Below are positions 26,435-35,746 of a DNA stretch of 64,000 nucleotides, piece after piece. Source of the stretch: Nitrospirota bacterium (GTDB lineage Bacteria; Nitrospirota; UBA9217); contig JBARBN010000009.1 of the NCBI GenBank assembly GCA_049793155.1, forward strand, positions 34,268 through 98,267, read 5' to 3'. Position 1 is the stretch's first letter; every line of letters begins with the position of its first letter. The notes beneath the pieces were generated by a model. That model was not told the DNA's origin and did no database searches. It saw only the letters and a list, made by a program, of their open reading frames with translations. The translations under genes and the position numbers were made by a program.

Positions 26435-28045
26435 ATGAAAAAATACATCTCCATAATACTGCCCTGGTTATTTACTGTTCTCCTCCCCGTCGTTTGTTTT
26501 GGTCAGGAGCCTGCAAACGGTGAGCTGGGGATCGTGTCTGCGCCGCTCGCAAATGTGCACGAAGGGCCGGTATCGAGATCCAGGCTCGAGACGCAGGTGC
26601 TTATGGGCGATGAGGTGCTGATCCTTGAAAAACAGGACAATCGATACCGGGTGACAATACCGAGCCAGGAAAACCGGGAAGGCTGGATCCAGCAGGAAGC
26701 TGTCCACATCCCAAAGGACAAAGGCCGATCCTACCTGAAGGCGAATCGTCAGTGGATTGTCATTACGACGCCGAAGGCCGAGGCTCTGATCCTGGACAGG
26801 ACCGGTGACCACAAGGTCTCACTGTATGCGGGCACGCGGCTGCCGGTGCTCCAGACCACCAAACAGGGGCAGAAGGTCCAGTTCCCCGACAAGTCGGTTG
26901 CGATCATCGACGTTGCGGAAACAATGCCCGTGAAATCCTCAGATCCTCTCGTAAACGATACCACGCCCGAGGAAATTGCAATGACCGCAAAACAGTTCCT
27001 GAACGTGCGGCATCTTACCGGCGGAATCTCGGAACAGGGCATGGACGTCAGCGGTCTGATCTATGTCGCTTACCGGATCCACGGAGTGCCGCTCAGCACG
27101 GACCGCGCCTCGTTCAAAGGGAAAGCCGAGCGCGTGTCGAAGAAAGAGCTCCATCCTGGCGACATCCTGTTCTTTTATGGCGAAGGCCTCGGCTTGTATC
27201 TTGGAAACGGGCGGTTTATCCATGTGCCGAAAAAAAAGGCGGCCCAGATCGCCGGGATATCCGATCGACGGTTCGTCAACTCACTTCAGTATGGCCTCCG
27301 GATCATCGGTTTCGGGCAGCCTGACGATAAAAAGAACATAGCTGCCATGACCGCCGACGAGATCCTGCTCACGCAGGCGCGGGTGGCGAAACTCCCGCTG
27401 AACAAGCGGATAGCCTCCTGGGCCAGCCGCTTTATCGGCACACCCTATGATACCGACCCTTTGGGCATTTATGTGAGGACGAACCGCATTGTTGCTGACG
27501 AAAAGGTTGACTGCATGTATCTTACCTTTCGCTCGGTAGAGCTAGCCCAGACCAGCACTCCCGGTGAGGCCATTGACCGTGCGCTCAGTCTGCGGTTCAT
27601 CACCAAAGGCAAGATTGCGGACGGACTCGTAACGAACTACGACCAGCGTTTTCAGTACGGCGAGGACATGGTTGCGAGTTCCAAGTGGGGGAAGAACATC
27701 ACCGCCGATCTCGGCGAGACCATACAGATCGCGGGCTCTCGCGGCAAAGATTTTGTCGACATTCTGCCGAAGAATGTTCTCACGGCGCGGGTGTTCCAGA
27801 CGAAGCTGCAGGACGGCGATATTATTTACTGGGTCAAGGACCCGAAGAAACGCGTGGTCGAGGAGATCGTGTCACACCTTTCCATTGTCCACATCAAATC
27901 CGGCAAGCCCTATCTCATTCATGCCGCCGGCGACAAGGACCGCGAAGGCCGGGCAGGCGGCGGCGCTGTCAAAGAAGTTCCCTTTTCCGATTACGTGCGG
28001 ACGATGCGGTTTATCGGCGCATTTGTGACGCGGTTCGAGCAGTAA
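26435..28045 (+). CDS. Secreted SH3 / NlpC-P60 (C40) peptidase with C-terminal DUF1460 amidase-like domain.
   Basis: Signal peptide; C40 catalytic Cys motif (GMDVSGLIYVAY) and His (FIHV); C-terminal DUF1460-like region. Confidence 0.65.
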   Translation: MKKYISIILPWLFTVLLPVVCFGQEPANGELGIVSAPLANVHEGPVSRSRLETQVLMGDEVLILEKQDNRYRVTIPSQENREGWIQQEAVHIPKDKGRSYLKANRQWIVITTPKAEALILDRTGDHKVSLYAGTRLPVLQTTKQGQKVQFPDKSVAIIDVAETMPVKSSDPLVNDTTPEEIAMTAKQFLNVRHLTGGISEQGMDVSGLIYVAYRIHGVPLSTDRASFKGKAERVSKKELHPGDILFFYGEGLGLYLGNGRFIHVPKKKAAQIAGISDRRFVNSLQYGLRIIGFGQPDDKKNIAAMTADEILLTQARVAKLPLNKRIASWASRFIGTPYDTDPLGIYVRTNRIVADEKVDCMYLTFRSVELAQTSTPGEAIDRALSLRFITKGKIADGLVTNYDQRFQYGEDMVASSKWGKNITADLGETIQIAGSRGKDFVDILPKNVLTARVFQTKLQDGDIIYWVKDPKKRVVEEIVSHLSIVHIKSGKPYLIHAAGDKDREGRAGGGAVKEVPFSDYVRTMRFIGAFVTRFEQ

Positions 28046-28256
28046 TCTTATTTCCAACCAGATCCCCTACCGACAAGTTCGACTCAAAAACTCTATAATT
28101 TCGGTTTGACATCTCTCCTCGTTCTCTGCTATTCTCAGCTGAAATGATAACACCAACGGGAATTAAGATGCGAGAGACAAGAGATTAACAGGCAGTGGTT
28201 TACCGACGTACTATCAGGTTATTCTCCTTTTATTTTCCCTCAAACAAAGAGGTCTT

Positions 28257-29789
28257 ATGCTCTCCAAGGTCATCAGCGCTGCAGTGTTGGGTATCGACGC
28301 CTACCCTGTTGAGGTTGAAGTCGACATTGCGAGCAGAGGGCTTCCTTTTTTCTCCACGGTGGGATTGCCGGATGCTGCCGTGAAAGAGAGCAAGGAGCGC
28401 GTGCGCGCTGCGCTCAAGAACACGGGTTTCGATTTTCCCTTGAAACAGGTTGTCGTGAACCTCGCGCCGGCTGATATAAAAAAAGAAGGATCTGCCTTTG
28501 ACTTGCCCATCGCCATCGGCATGCTGATCGCCGAAGGAGTGCTTACCCAGGAGATGGTGAACGGCTATCTGATCGTGGGCGAGCTCGCGTTGGACGGCAG
28601 GGTAAAGTCCGTGCGGGGCGCGCTGTCTATGGCGGTGCTTGCAAAGAAGGCAGGGCACCGGGGCATGGTGATCCCCGCGGACAATGCACAGGAGGCGGCG
28701 GTCGTTGAGTCTGTCAAGATCTTCGGCCTGCATACCCTTTCGCAGGTGGTGGAGTTCCTCCTTGGCCGTGCCGCTGTCGAGCCGGTGAATATCAATATCC
28801 AGAGTGCTTTCGAAACGTACTCCGCGTATCAGGAAGACTTTTCTGAGGTAAGAGGGCAGGAGCACGCGAAGCGTGCGATCGAGGTCGCCGCAGCCGGCGG
28901 GCACAACATCGTTATGATCGGACCTCCGGGATCGGGCAAGACCATGCTCGCACGCCGTCTTCCCTCGGTCCTTCCCCGGATGAGCTTTGACGAGTCCATT
29001 GAAACGACCAAGATCCACAGCATCATGGGCTTGCTCAAGAAAGGCCAGCCGCTCATCGCGACGCGGCCCTATCGTTCTCCGCATCACACGATATCCGACG
29101 CCGGTCTGATAGGCGGCGGTCAGGTCCCGAAGCCCGGCGAGGTGAGCCTGTCGCATAACGGGGTACTTTTCCTCGATGAGCTGCCGGAGTTCAAGCGGAA
29201 CGTGCTCGAGGCGCTTCGCCAGCCCCTTGAGGACGGCCAGGTCACGATCTCCCGCGCCATCACCTCGCTCACCTATCCTGCGTCAATGATGCTTGTCGCC
29301 GCCATGAACCCGTGCAAATGCGGTAACTGGGGTGATCCGGCACACCAATGTCAATGCACGCCGCACCAGGTACAGACCTATCGGTCGCGCGTGTCCGGTC
29401 CGCTCATGGACCGCATTGATATTCACATCGAAGTGCCGGCCATCAAGTTCAACGAGATCTCGTCGGACAAACCCGCGGAAGCATCACTGCTGATCCGCGA
29501 GCGGGTGACCAGGGCGCGGGAAAGACAGTATGCACGATTCAGAAATGACGGCATATACGCCAACGCGCACATGAAGCCGAAGCATATCCGGAAATATTGC
29601 AAGATTGACGATGACAGCCTGCTTCTCATGGAAACAGCCATGAACCGGCTCGGTCTCTCAGCGAGGGCGTATAATCGAATTCTTAAAGTAGCGAGGACGA
29701 TCGCCGACATCGAGGGCAGCGAGAAGATAGCGACAGAGCATATCTCAGAGGCGATCCAGTATCGGAGTTTGGATAGAAGGATGAATTAA
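28257..29789 (+). CDS. comM: YifB/ComM family Mg-chelatase-like AAA+ ATPase.
   Basis: N-terminal Lon-protease-like domain, Walker A GPPGSGKT, ChlI-type AAA+ core. 510 aa, typical for ComM. Confidence 0.85.
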   Translation: MLSKVISAAVLGIDAYPVEVEVDIASRGLPFFSTVGLPDAAVKESKERVRAALKNTGFDFPLKQVVVNLAPADIKKEGSAFDLPIAIGMLIAEGVLTQEMVNGYLIVGELALDGRVKSVRGALSMAVLAKKAGHRGMVIPADNAQEAAVVESVKIFGLHTLSQVVEFLLGRAAVEPVNINIQSAFETYSAYQEDFSEVRGQEHAKRAIEVAAAGGHNIVMIGPPGSGKTMLARRLPSVLPRMSFDESIETTKIHSIMGLLKKGQPLIATRPYRSPHHTISDAGLIGGGQVPKPGEVSLSHNGVLFLDELPEFKRNVLEALRQPLEDGQVTISRAITSLTYPASMMLVAAMNPCKCGNWGDPAHQCQCTPHQVQTYRSRVSGPLMDRIDIHIEVPAIKFNEISSDKPAEASLLIRERVTRARERQYARFRNDGIYANAHMKPKHIRKYCKIDDDSLLLMETAMNRLGLSARAYNRILKVARTIADIEGSEKIATEHISEAIQYRSLDRRMN

Positions 29790-30301
29790 GTGATAACCGC
29801 ATATCAAACTCGATGATCTCTGGTTCTCTCCTTGCTCTGAAACCCCGCTCCCAAATACCGGCAATGGTTCAGATCAAATCCTGGCCCCAGATTGAACAGA
29901 TTTAACCCATCAAACCAGACTGTCAGGTCGAAAATTTGCTCCAACAGTGAAAACTGTGAGGACGTATCATTTTTCTCATATCCTGAGGCTTTGCTTATGG
30001 CTGGCATTCGAGCAGCTATAGCTCAACGGCAATCCAATAAAAAGTTAATTTAATCAATATGTTATGTGTTGGTCCACTCCGGAACCATTCCGTTTCCGGA
30101 GGTATTTTTCTCTGGTTTTCAGATGCAGTGGGGTTAATCAATTGACCGGGGGCAACCTCTGTTCTGGCATTTGACAAGAAATACTTAACAGAGTACATTG
30201 CAGTACTATTAAGTCATGATGCAGGACGCTCTTTTTTCAGGGGAAGACCTTAACTCAAGGCGCGAAGGGAAGAGAGGACCAAGAACAACAGTGAGTACCA
30301 C

Positions 30302-30946
30302 ATGACCCCGCGGGAATTATTAAATAGCGGCGCAAAAAAGCTCAGTATTTCACTGACCGTCGAACAGGCTAATTCCCTGTTCATTTATCTGGCGGAGCTC
30401 AAAAAGTGGAGCCAGAAGATCAACCTCACCTCTATCAAAGATGAGCGGGATGTTGTTATCAAACATGTGCTGGATTCCCTTTCCTATCTACACGGTTTCA
30501 CCGCGGTGCCGGGATTAAGATTGCTGGACATGGGGTCAGGGGCCGGCTTTCCGGCGTTGCCGATAAAAATAACGCATCCTGAGATATCGATCACCATGGT
30601 CGATTCAGCAAAAAAGAAAGCGTCCTTCCTGCGTCATATCGTCAGGACCCTGAAGTTGACGGAAATCACCGTCATCGATACAAGGACGGAAGAGCTTTCT
30701 CTTCAACTCCTTGCCGCGTTTGATGTTGTAACTGCTCGCGCTTTTGCTGACATGAAATCAGCAATTGCAGAAGGAATGCCTCTTCTCAGGCCTGGAGGGC
30801 TCATGGTCCTGAGCAGGGGACCGGAAGAGACGATCAGCAAACAGGACCTGATAAAAGCGGATGTTTCGCTGGAACGCCGGACCGATCTGATCCTCCCGCA
30901 TTCGGATTATAAAAGGACGATCTGGGTCTTTAAGAAGGCTGGTTAA
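30302..30946 (+). CDS. rsmG: 16S rRNA (guanine527-N7)-methyltransferase RsmG (GidB).
   Basis: RsmG fold motifs (LLDMGSGAGFPALPIKI, VTARAFA); 214 aa. Confidence 0.85.
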   Translation: MTPRELLNSGAKKLSISLTVEQANSLFIYLAELKKWSQKINLTSIKDERDVVIKHVLDSLSYLHGFTAVPGLRLLDMGSGAGFPALPIKITHPEISITMVDSAKKKASFLRHIVRTLKLTEITVIDTRTEELSLQLLAAFDVVTARAFADMKSAIAEGMPLLRPGGLMVLSRGPEETISKQDLIKADVSLERRTDLILPHSDYKRTIWVFKKAG

Positions 30947-31038
30947 ACCTCCAGGCTTTAGACACAGGGGCCTGTTCTGAGCGCAGCCGAGGGCAGTGGA
31001 AGTGCGAAAAAGCTTAGGCTTCGGGTAAAAGGAAGAGA

Positions 31039-31056
31039 ATGTTCCACGTGGAACAT
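31039..31056. promoter_or_regulatory. parS-like centromere site (variant), perfect 18-bp palindrome.
   Basis: ATGTTCCACGTGGAACAT. The core TGTTCCACGTGGAACA matches canonical parS (TGTTTCACGTGAAACA) at 14/16 positions, with two symmetric substitutions. Confidence 0.6.
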
Positions 31057-31197
31057 CGTTACCGGTTCGTTGCAGAGGCCTCATCCCATCCGGCTGACAA
31101 AGAGTGCGTTTTCATTGGTCCAACCGGCCAGCTTTATTTATTTCACTCCTAGAAATCGTGAAAATTCGCATTAATTTGCAGTTGAAGAAAGATTATA

Positions 31198-32265
31198 ATG
31201 GTAGAAAGCCCACTCACAATCCCCAACGAATGGCGTGGAATTGCCCAGGAGATCCTTTTGCACGGTGGGCCGGCGCTTGCCATCGGCACCCAGGGTTCGG
31301 GAAAAACCACTTTTTGCCTCTATCTCGCCGGTCTCTTCTGCCGGTCAGGTAAAAAGGTCGTTTGGATCGATGCGGACCCGGGTCAGCCCTTCATTGGTCC
31401 GCCATCAGTAATATCGCTCACCGCGTATACAGCGGCCGCCGACCTCTTGAGTCGAAAGAACCCCATGATCATGAGCTTTATCGGCAACACATCGCCCGTC
31501 GGCCGTTTGCTTGAGATGATATCGGGTCTTCAAAAGCTTTTTTCGCTGGCCCAGTCGCTCGATCCCGGCCTTGTTCTTATTAATACTTGCGGACTCGTGA
31601 ATGGCGGCGCTGCACGGGAGCTTAAATGCCATGAGATCGACATGCTTTCGCCCCGCTACGTGATCGCCCTTGAGAAAGGGAACGAGGTAGAGCATTTGCT
31701 CGCCCCGCATTCACACCGGGCCGGCTTGCTCATTCATCGGCTCCCCATATCACCGGATGCAAAGGCCTCAACCAGAGAGGCCCGTCGGGCAGCTCGCGAA
31801 CAGCGCTTTAAGGAGTATTTCCGGGGCGCGGATTTTCAGGAGATCTCACTCCACGATGTCGGAGTCCTTGGTCCTGGCCTTGGCACGGGCGAGCGGCTGG
31901 GATTCCGGGATATCAACCGGCTTTCGAAGATTTTCCAGGCGATCGTAATACACGCTGAGTTGGCTGCTGACCGGCTCTTCCTCATTATTGAGGGCGAGTA
32001 TTTGGAGGAGGAACTCTACACGGCAAAGGAACAGTATAATGTCAGGGAGGTCATGGCTGTTAAACGCTCGGAGCTGGACCATCTGCTCGTGGGGCTGAAT
32101 GACGACCGCAACCTTTGCCACGGCCTCGGGATCCTTCGCTCCATCGATCTGAAGGAACTGTCCATACGGGTTATTACCCCGCTCCGGGATATTTCCGGGG
32201 TACGACATATCTCGCTCGGGTCGATCCGGGTCAGCCCTGCCGGAGGAGAACTGGGGCCCGTGTAA
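31198..32265 (+). CDS. Clp1/Grc3-family P-loop polynucleotide 5'-hydroxyl kinase-like protein.
   Basis: Walker A GTQGSGKTTFCLYLAG followed by the Clp1-type WIDADPGQP motif (compare eukaryotic/archaeal Clp1 VELDVGQG). C-terminal ~150 aa of unknown function. Confidence 0.55.
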   Translation: MVESPLTIPNEWRGIAQEILLHGGPALAIGTQGSGKTTFCLYLAGLFCRSGKKVVWIDADPGQPFIGPPSVISLTAYTAAADLLSRKNPMIMSFIGNTSPVGRLLEMISGLQKLFSLAQSLDPGLVLINTCGLVNGGAARELKCHEIDMLSPRYVIALEKGNEVEHLLAPHSHRAGLLIHRLPISPDAKASTREARRAAREQRFKEYFRGADFQEISLHDVGVLGPGLGTGERLGFRDINRLSKIFQAIVIHAELAADRLFLIIEGEYLEEELYTAKEQYNVREVMAVKRSELDHLLVGLNDDRNLCHGLGILRSIDLKELSIRVITPLRDISGVRHISLGSIRVSPAGGELGPV

Positions 32266-32368
32266 TTGTTCCATCCGCTGCAGAAAAACGCTGAATCGCG
32301 CTCATACCAGTGAAGATTCTCCGTTATCAGACTGGATGAAAGAGACTTCAGAACAGGGAATTGAACAA

Positions 32369-32384
32369 GGTTCCACGTGGAACA
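32369..32384. promoter_or_regulatory. Second parS-like site.
   Basis: GGTTCCACGTGGAACA is 15/16 identical to the first site's core. It lies 205 nt upstream of parA. Confidence 0.55.
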
Positions 32385-32589
32385 TTCAAATACAGCTCCG
32401 TTCACCGCAATTTTGTCTTATAGAGCATACGAAAACCGGTGAGCTTTAAACGAGATTCGCCGGTCTATCCGAATTGAATTTATTTCCCGGTGTTCCCTGT
32501 CGCAACCGCGGAAAAATAAAGTTTTTTTCTTCCTTTTATCATCATGCTATGGTACATTAACCAGGTTTTGGACCGGAGGGTGTCGAGGC

Positions 32590-33366
32590 ATGGGCAGGGT
32601 CATAGCAATTGCCAATCAGAAAGGCGGCGTGGGTAAGACCACGACAACGGTGAACGTCGCTGCATCGCTCGCGGCTGCGGAAAAGAAGGTACTGCTCATA
32701 GATTCAGACCCCCAGGGCAACTCCTCGAGCGGCATGGGCATCAACCGGAACGAGATCATCGGCAGCACCTATGACTTGTTTACAGGCAAAAAAACGCTGC
32801 AGGAAATAAAAAAATCAACGCATTTTCCCTGGCTTGACGTTGTCCCCGCAAAGATTGACCTGGTGGGCGTAGAAATAGAGCTTATTCAAATGATCGCCCG
32901 CGAGCGGGTGCTGAAGAAGGCGATTGCAAACTTCCGGAACGATTATGACTATATCCTCATCGACTGCCCGCCGTCGCTCGGCCTGCTTACGGTCAATGCG
33001 CTGACCGCGGCTGACGGGGTGCTGATCCCGGTTCAGTGTGAATACTATGCCCTTGAGGGGCTGACATCGCTCATGAACACCATCACACTCATAAAACAGG
33101 ACCTGAACCCCGACCTCGCCATCGAAGGTGTACTTCTCACCATGTTCGATAGCAGGAACAACCTTGCTTCTCAGGTGGCTCAGGAAGTGCGCACCTATTA
33201 TGGAAAAAAGGTCTACACTACTGTCATCCACAGGAATGTCGCCCTTTCCGAGGCACCGAGCCACGGCAAGCCGGTGCTTCTGTACGATATCCGGTCCCGG
33301 GGCGCGCAAAGCTACCTGGAACTTGCCAAGGAGGTCATCAATAATGCAAAAGCAGGCGCTCGGTAA
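32590..33366 (+). CDS. parA: Chromosome partitioning ATPase ParA (Soj).
   Basis: Deviant Walker A KGGVGKTT; 258 aa; followed by parB. Confidence 0.9.
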   Translation: MGRVIAIANQKGGVGKTTTTVNVAASLAAAEKKVLLIDSDPQGNSSSGMGINRNEIIGSTYDLFTGKKTLQEIKKSTHFPWLDVVPAKIDLVGVEIELIQMIARERVLKKAIANFRNDYDYILIDCPPSLGLLTVNALTAADGVLIPVQCEYYALEGLTSLMNTITLIKQDLNPDLAIEGVLLTMFDSRNNLASQVAQEVRTYYGKKVYTTVIHRNVALSEAPSHGKPVLLYDIRSRGAQSYLELAKEVINNAKAGAR

Positions 33367-34189
33367 AGGACTCGGCGCGCTTATTCCGGACTTGTCCTCG
33401 CTTGATGACGGGGAGCGAAAGGCACTCGGCATCCATGAGATCGAAGTGGACAAGATCGTGCCGAACGAGTACCAGCCGAGAAAAACGTTTCAAAACGAGA
33501 GTTTGAAAGAGCTTGCCGCCTCGATAAAAGAGCACGGGGTGATCCAACCCGTCATTGTCCACCGGATCGGAACGAATTACGGACTCGTTGCCGGTGAGCG
33601 CAGGTGGCGTGCGGCACGGCTGGCCGGGCTCAAGACCATCCCGGCGCTCGTAAAAGAGGCGACCAAGCGCGAACTCATCGAGCAGGCCCTCATAGAAAAC
33701 ATCCAGCGCGAAGACCTGAACCCGCTCGAGGCTGCCGAGGCATACAAGCGGCTCCAGGACGAGTTCAAACTCACGCAGGAAGACCTCGCCAAGCGCGTGG
33801 GAAAAGAGCGATCAACGATTACAAACTATCTCCGGATCCTTGGACTTCCTAAAGAACTAAAGCTGGGCCTTGCAAATGGCGCGCTTAGCATGGGCCATGC
33901 CAAGGCACTTCTCTCGCTCGAACGTGTGCGCGACCAGATCCAGACAGCCGCAGCGATCGTGAAGAAGGGTCTCTCGGTACGCGAGGCCGAAGCGCTCGCC
34001 AATCGACTCAAGAAACCCGCGAAGGAAAAAAAGACGCGGCAAAACCACGAGCTCAAAGCCCTGGAAGAGAAGCTTAAGAAGGCGCTCGGCACCAAGGTGA
34101 GCATCGCAGCGAAGGCCAAAGGCGGAAGGATCGTTATCGAGTATTATACAGCGGAAGATCTGGACAGGATCCTGGAGAAGATCGGGTGA
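33343..34189 (+). CDS. parB: Chromosome partitioning protein ParB (Spo0J).
   Basis: MQKQALGKGLGALIP N-terminus, GERRWRAA ParB box, HTH, C-terminal dimerisation region. Overlaps the parA end. The ORF-track start at 33128 is an out-of-context extension. Confidence 0.9.
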
Positions 34190-34227
34190 GAAACACGACG
34201 GAATCACCAGGCACCAAGTCTGATGAG

Positions 34228-34305
34228 TGCAAAATGCAAAATTAAGGGACATAATCATGGCCTAAGGCCATACCGCAATCTTGCAATTTGCATTTTGAAA
34301 TTTGA
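34228..34305 (+). terminator. Large imperfect stem-loop with nested palindrome and a U-rich tail after parB. Probably a parAB operon terminator, possibly a structured element.
   Basis: TGCAAAATGCAAAAT ... (nested ATGGCC-taa-GGCCAT) ... ATTTGCATTTTG, followed by AAATTTGAC. Confidence 0.4.
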
Positions 34306-34383
34306 CTTGTCTTTCTTCATCTTTCTTTGTGTCTTAGTGTCTTCGTGGTAAAGTAGATAACGAATTTTAAAGGAGGCCCCACC

Positions 34384-34773
34384 ATGTTGAAGAGAGGTTC
34401 AGGCACACCGGAGCAGTCCGAGATAACGGCATTTCTCGGGAAGGGCACGGAATTCAAGGGGGTGCTCAGTTTCGAGGGTACCATTCGTGTTGACGGAAAG
34501 GTTGAGGGAGAGGTCATTTCCAAGGACACGCTCATCGCCAGTGACGGCGCATTTCTTCAAGGCGAGATCTCCGTGGGCACGATCATAGTGAGCGGCAGGA
34601 TCGTCGGCAATATCAATGCAAGCCAGAAGGTGCACCTCCTCGCCCCGGCCAGTATTCAAGGCAACATCAAGACACCCAAGCTCATCATTGAGGAGGGCGT
34701 CACATTCGACGGCAAATGCGAGATGGCCGGTGAGAAAAAGACCGCCGAGCAGAAGGTCGTGTCGCTGAAGTAA
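34384..34773 (+). CDS. Bactofilin (CcmA-like polymer-forming cytoskeletal protein).
   Basis: Beta-helical bactofilin repeat signature (FEGTIRVDGKVEGEV...GEISVGTIIVSGRIVGNINASQKVHL). Confidence 0.8.
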   Translation: MLKRGSGTPEQSEITAFLGKGTEFKGVLSFEGTIRVDGKVEGEVISKDTLIASDGAFLQGEISVGTIIVSGRIVGNINASQKVHLLAPASIQGNIKTPKLIIEEGVTFDGKCEMAGEKKTAEQKVVSLK

Positions 34774-34872
34774 CTGGTCAATCGCACGCGCAATCATGAG
34801 ACGGTGCGGAATATCTTGACTATCGTTACTTTTCATGTTAATGTTACGAAGGTAAGAAAAGAGGATGTTTAC

Positions 34873-35121
34873 ATGAAAAGCACCGTATCTACAAGAGGTC
34901 AGGTTTCAATTCCCGCGGAACTCAGAAAAAAATTCAATATCGAATCGGAGACGCAGCTGGAGTGGATCGTAGAAGGCAATGCCATCAAGATCATCCCGCT
35001 CCCGAAAGACCCGATCAAGGCCTTCCGGGGGGCGGGGCTTGGACGGTATTCCTCTGAAAAGCTCATAAAGGACCGGAAAAAAGAACGCCTGGAGGAAGAC
35101 GACCGTGACCGGAAAACCTGA
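34873..35121 (+). CDS. vapB: AbrB/MazE/SpoVT-type antitoxin (VapB-like).
   Basis: TRGQVSIPAELRKKF swapped-hairpin motif. 82 aa. Overlaps the downstream PIN gene by 17 nt. Confidence 0.75.
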   Translation: MKSTVSTRGQVSIPAELRKKFNIESETQLEWIVEGNAIKIIPLPKDPIKAFRGAGLGRYSSEKLIKDRKKERLEEDDRDRKT

Positions 35122-35530
35122 GGCCTTTGTTTTAGACACTTCCGCGATACTTACTCTCTGGAACGAGGAGGACGGCGCTTCCGTTGTAGAAAAGATACTC
35201 CGCGACAATCCGCATCATCGAAGAATCTATATCTCATTTATGACCTTCATGGAATGCCGGTACCGTTTATGGAAAGACCATGGCCGGGATGCGGCGGATG
35301 AACTATTCCGGACCCTCAGTCTTCTTCCCGCAACCCGTGTTGATGTCGACGACACGCTTATCATGATTGCATCAGAACTCAAAGCGCAGCATAGGATTTC
35401 CGTGGCGGACAGCTGGATCATTGCCACGGCAATTACGCGCAATGCGACGCTCGTGCACAAAGACCCCGAATTCGACGCCCTGTCAGACAAGGTGAACATG
35501 AAAACACTGACATATAAGAAGGCAAAATGA
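35105..35530 (+). CDS. vapC: PIN-domain ribonuclease toxin VapC.
   Basis: FVLDTSAIL N-terminus with conserved acidic residues; 141 aa; paired with an AbrB-type antitoxin. Confidence 0.8.
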   Translation: MTGKPEAFVLDTSAILTLWNEEDGASVVEKILRDNPHHRRIYISFMTFMECRYRLWKDHGRDAADELFRTLSLLPATRVDVDDTLIMIASELKAQHRISVADSWIIATAITRNATLVHKDPEFDALSDKVNMKTLTYKKAK

Positions 35531-35746
35531 GCTTCTGCTAAAATCCCGCTTTGACACTGTCCTTTGCCAGCGGTGACTGTACGGGGTGGAATGCCATCAA
35601 GGTCTGCCCAATAATTTTATTGGGGATATCAGTTCGCTATTCCGTTCCCCTGATATCGGGTTTTTCGGACTTACCGGGGTGGGTCTTTTCAGATAATAAC
35701 TGGCTACAAGGATCGGTACTCAAGGAGAACAAAGGAACTTCATACT

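Noticed and set aside
28230-29156. Long antisense ORFs in the six-frame track inside high-GC genes. Examples: 28230-29156 (minus) within comM; 514-1128 (minus) within surA-like; 1457-2638 (minus) within rlmI; 16700-17635 (minus) within the kinase; 36146-39991 (minus) ORFs within purL; 53364-55585 (plus) ORFs within prpD/prpC; 56815-58461 (minus) within the TPP enzyme.
   Set aside because: The opposite strand carries a confidently identified protein with conserved motifs. High GC content suppresses stop codons, so long antisense ORFs are expected by chance. None has an RBS or recognisable domains.
31039-32384. The identical palindromes flanking the Clp1-like gene as terminal inverted repeats of a miniature mobile element.
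   Set aside because: Each copy is itself a palindrome matching parS at 14/16 positions, and they sit beside parAB. No target-site duplication or transposase is present. A ParB-binding-site interpretation is more parsimonious.
29790-34383. Looked for oriC-type DnaA-box clusters (TTATCCACA or its complement) in intergenic regions of the origin-proximal rsmG-parAB neighbourhood.
   Set aside because: No DnaA-box cluster was seen, and dnaA/dnaN are not in the window. oriC is probably elsewhere.
35531-35746. Possible ZTP (pfl) or purine riboswitch upstream of purL.
   Set aside because: I could not find the conserved pfl pseudoknot (CCGCCUGGGC-like) or the purine-riboswitch junction motifs. Only a weak 3-bp-stem/T-run element is present. 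A covariance-model scan would be needed.
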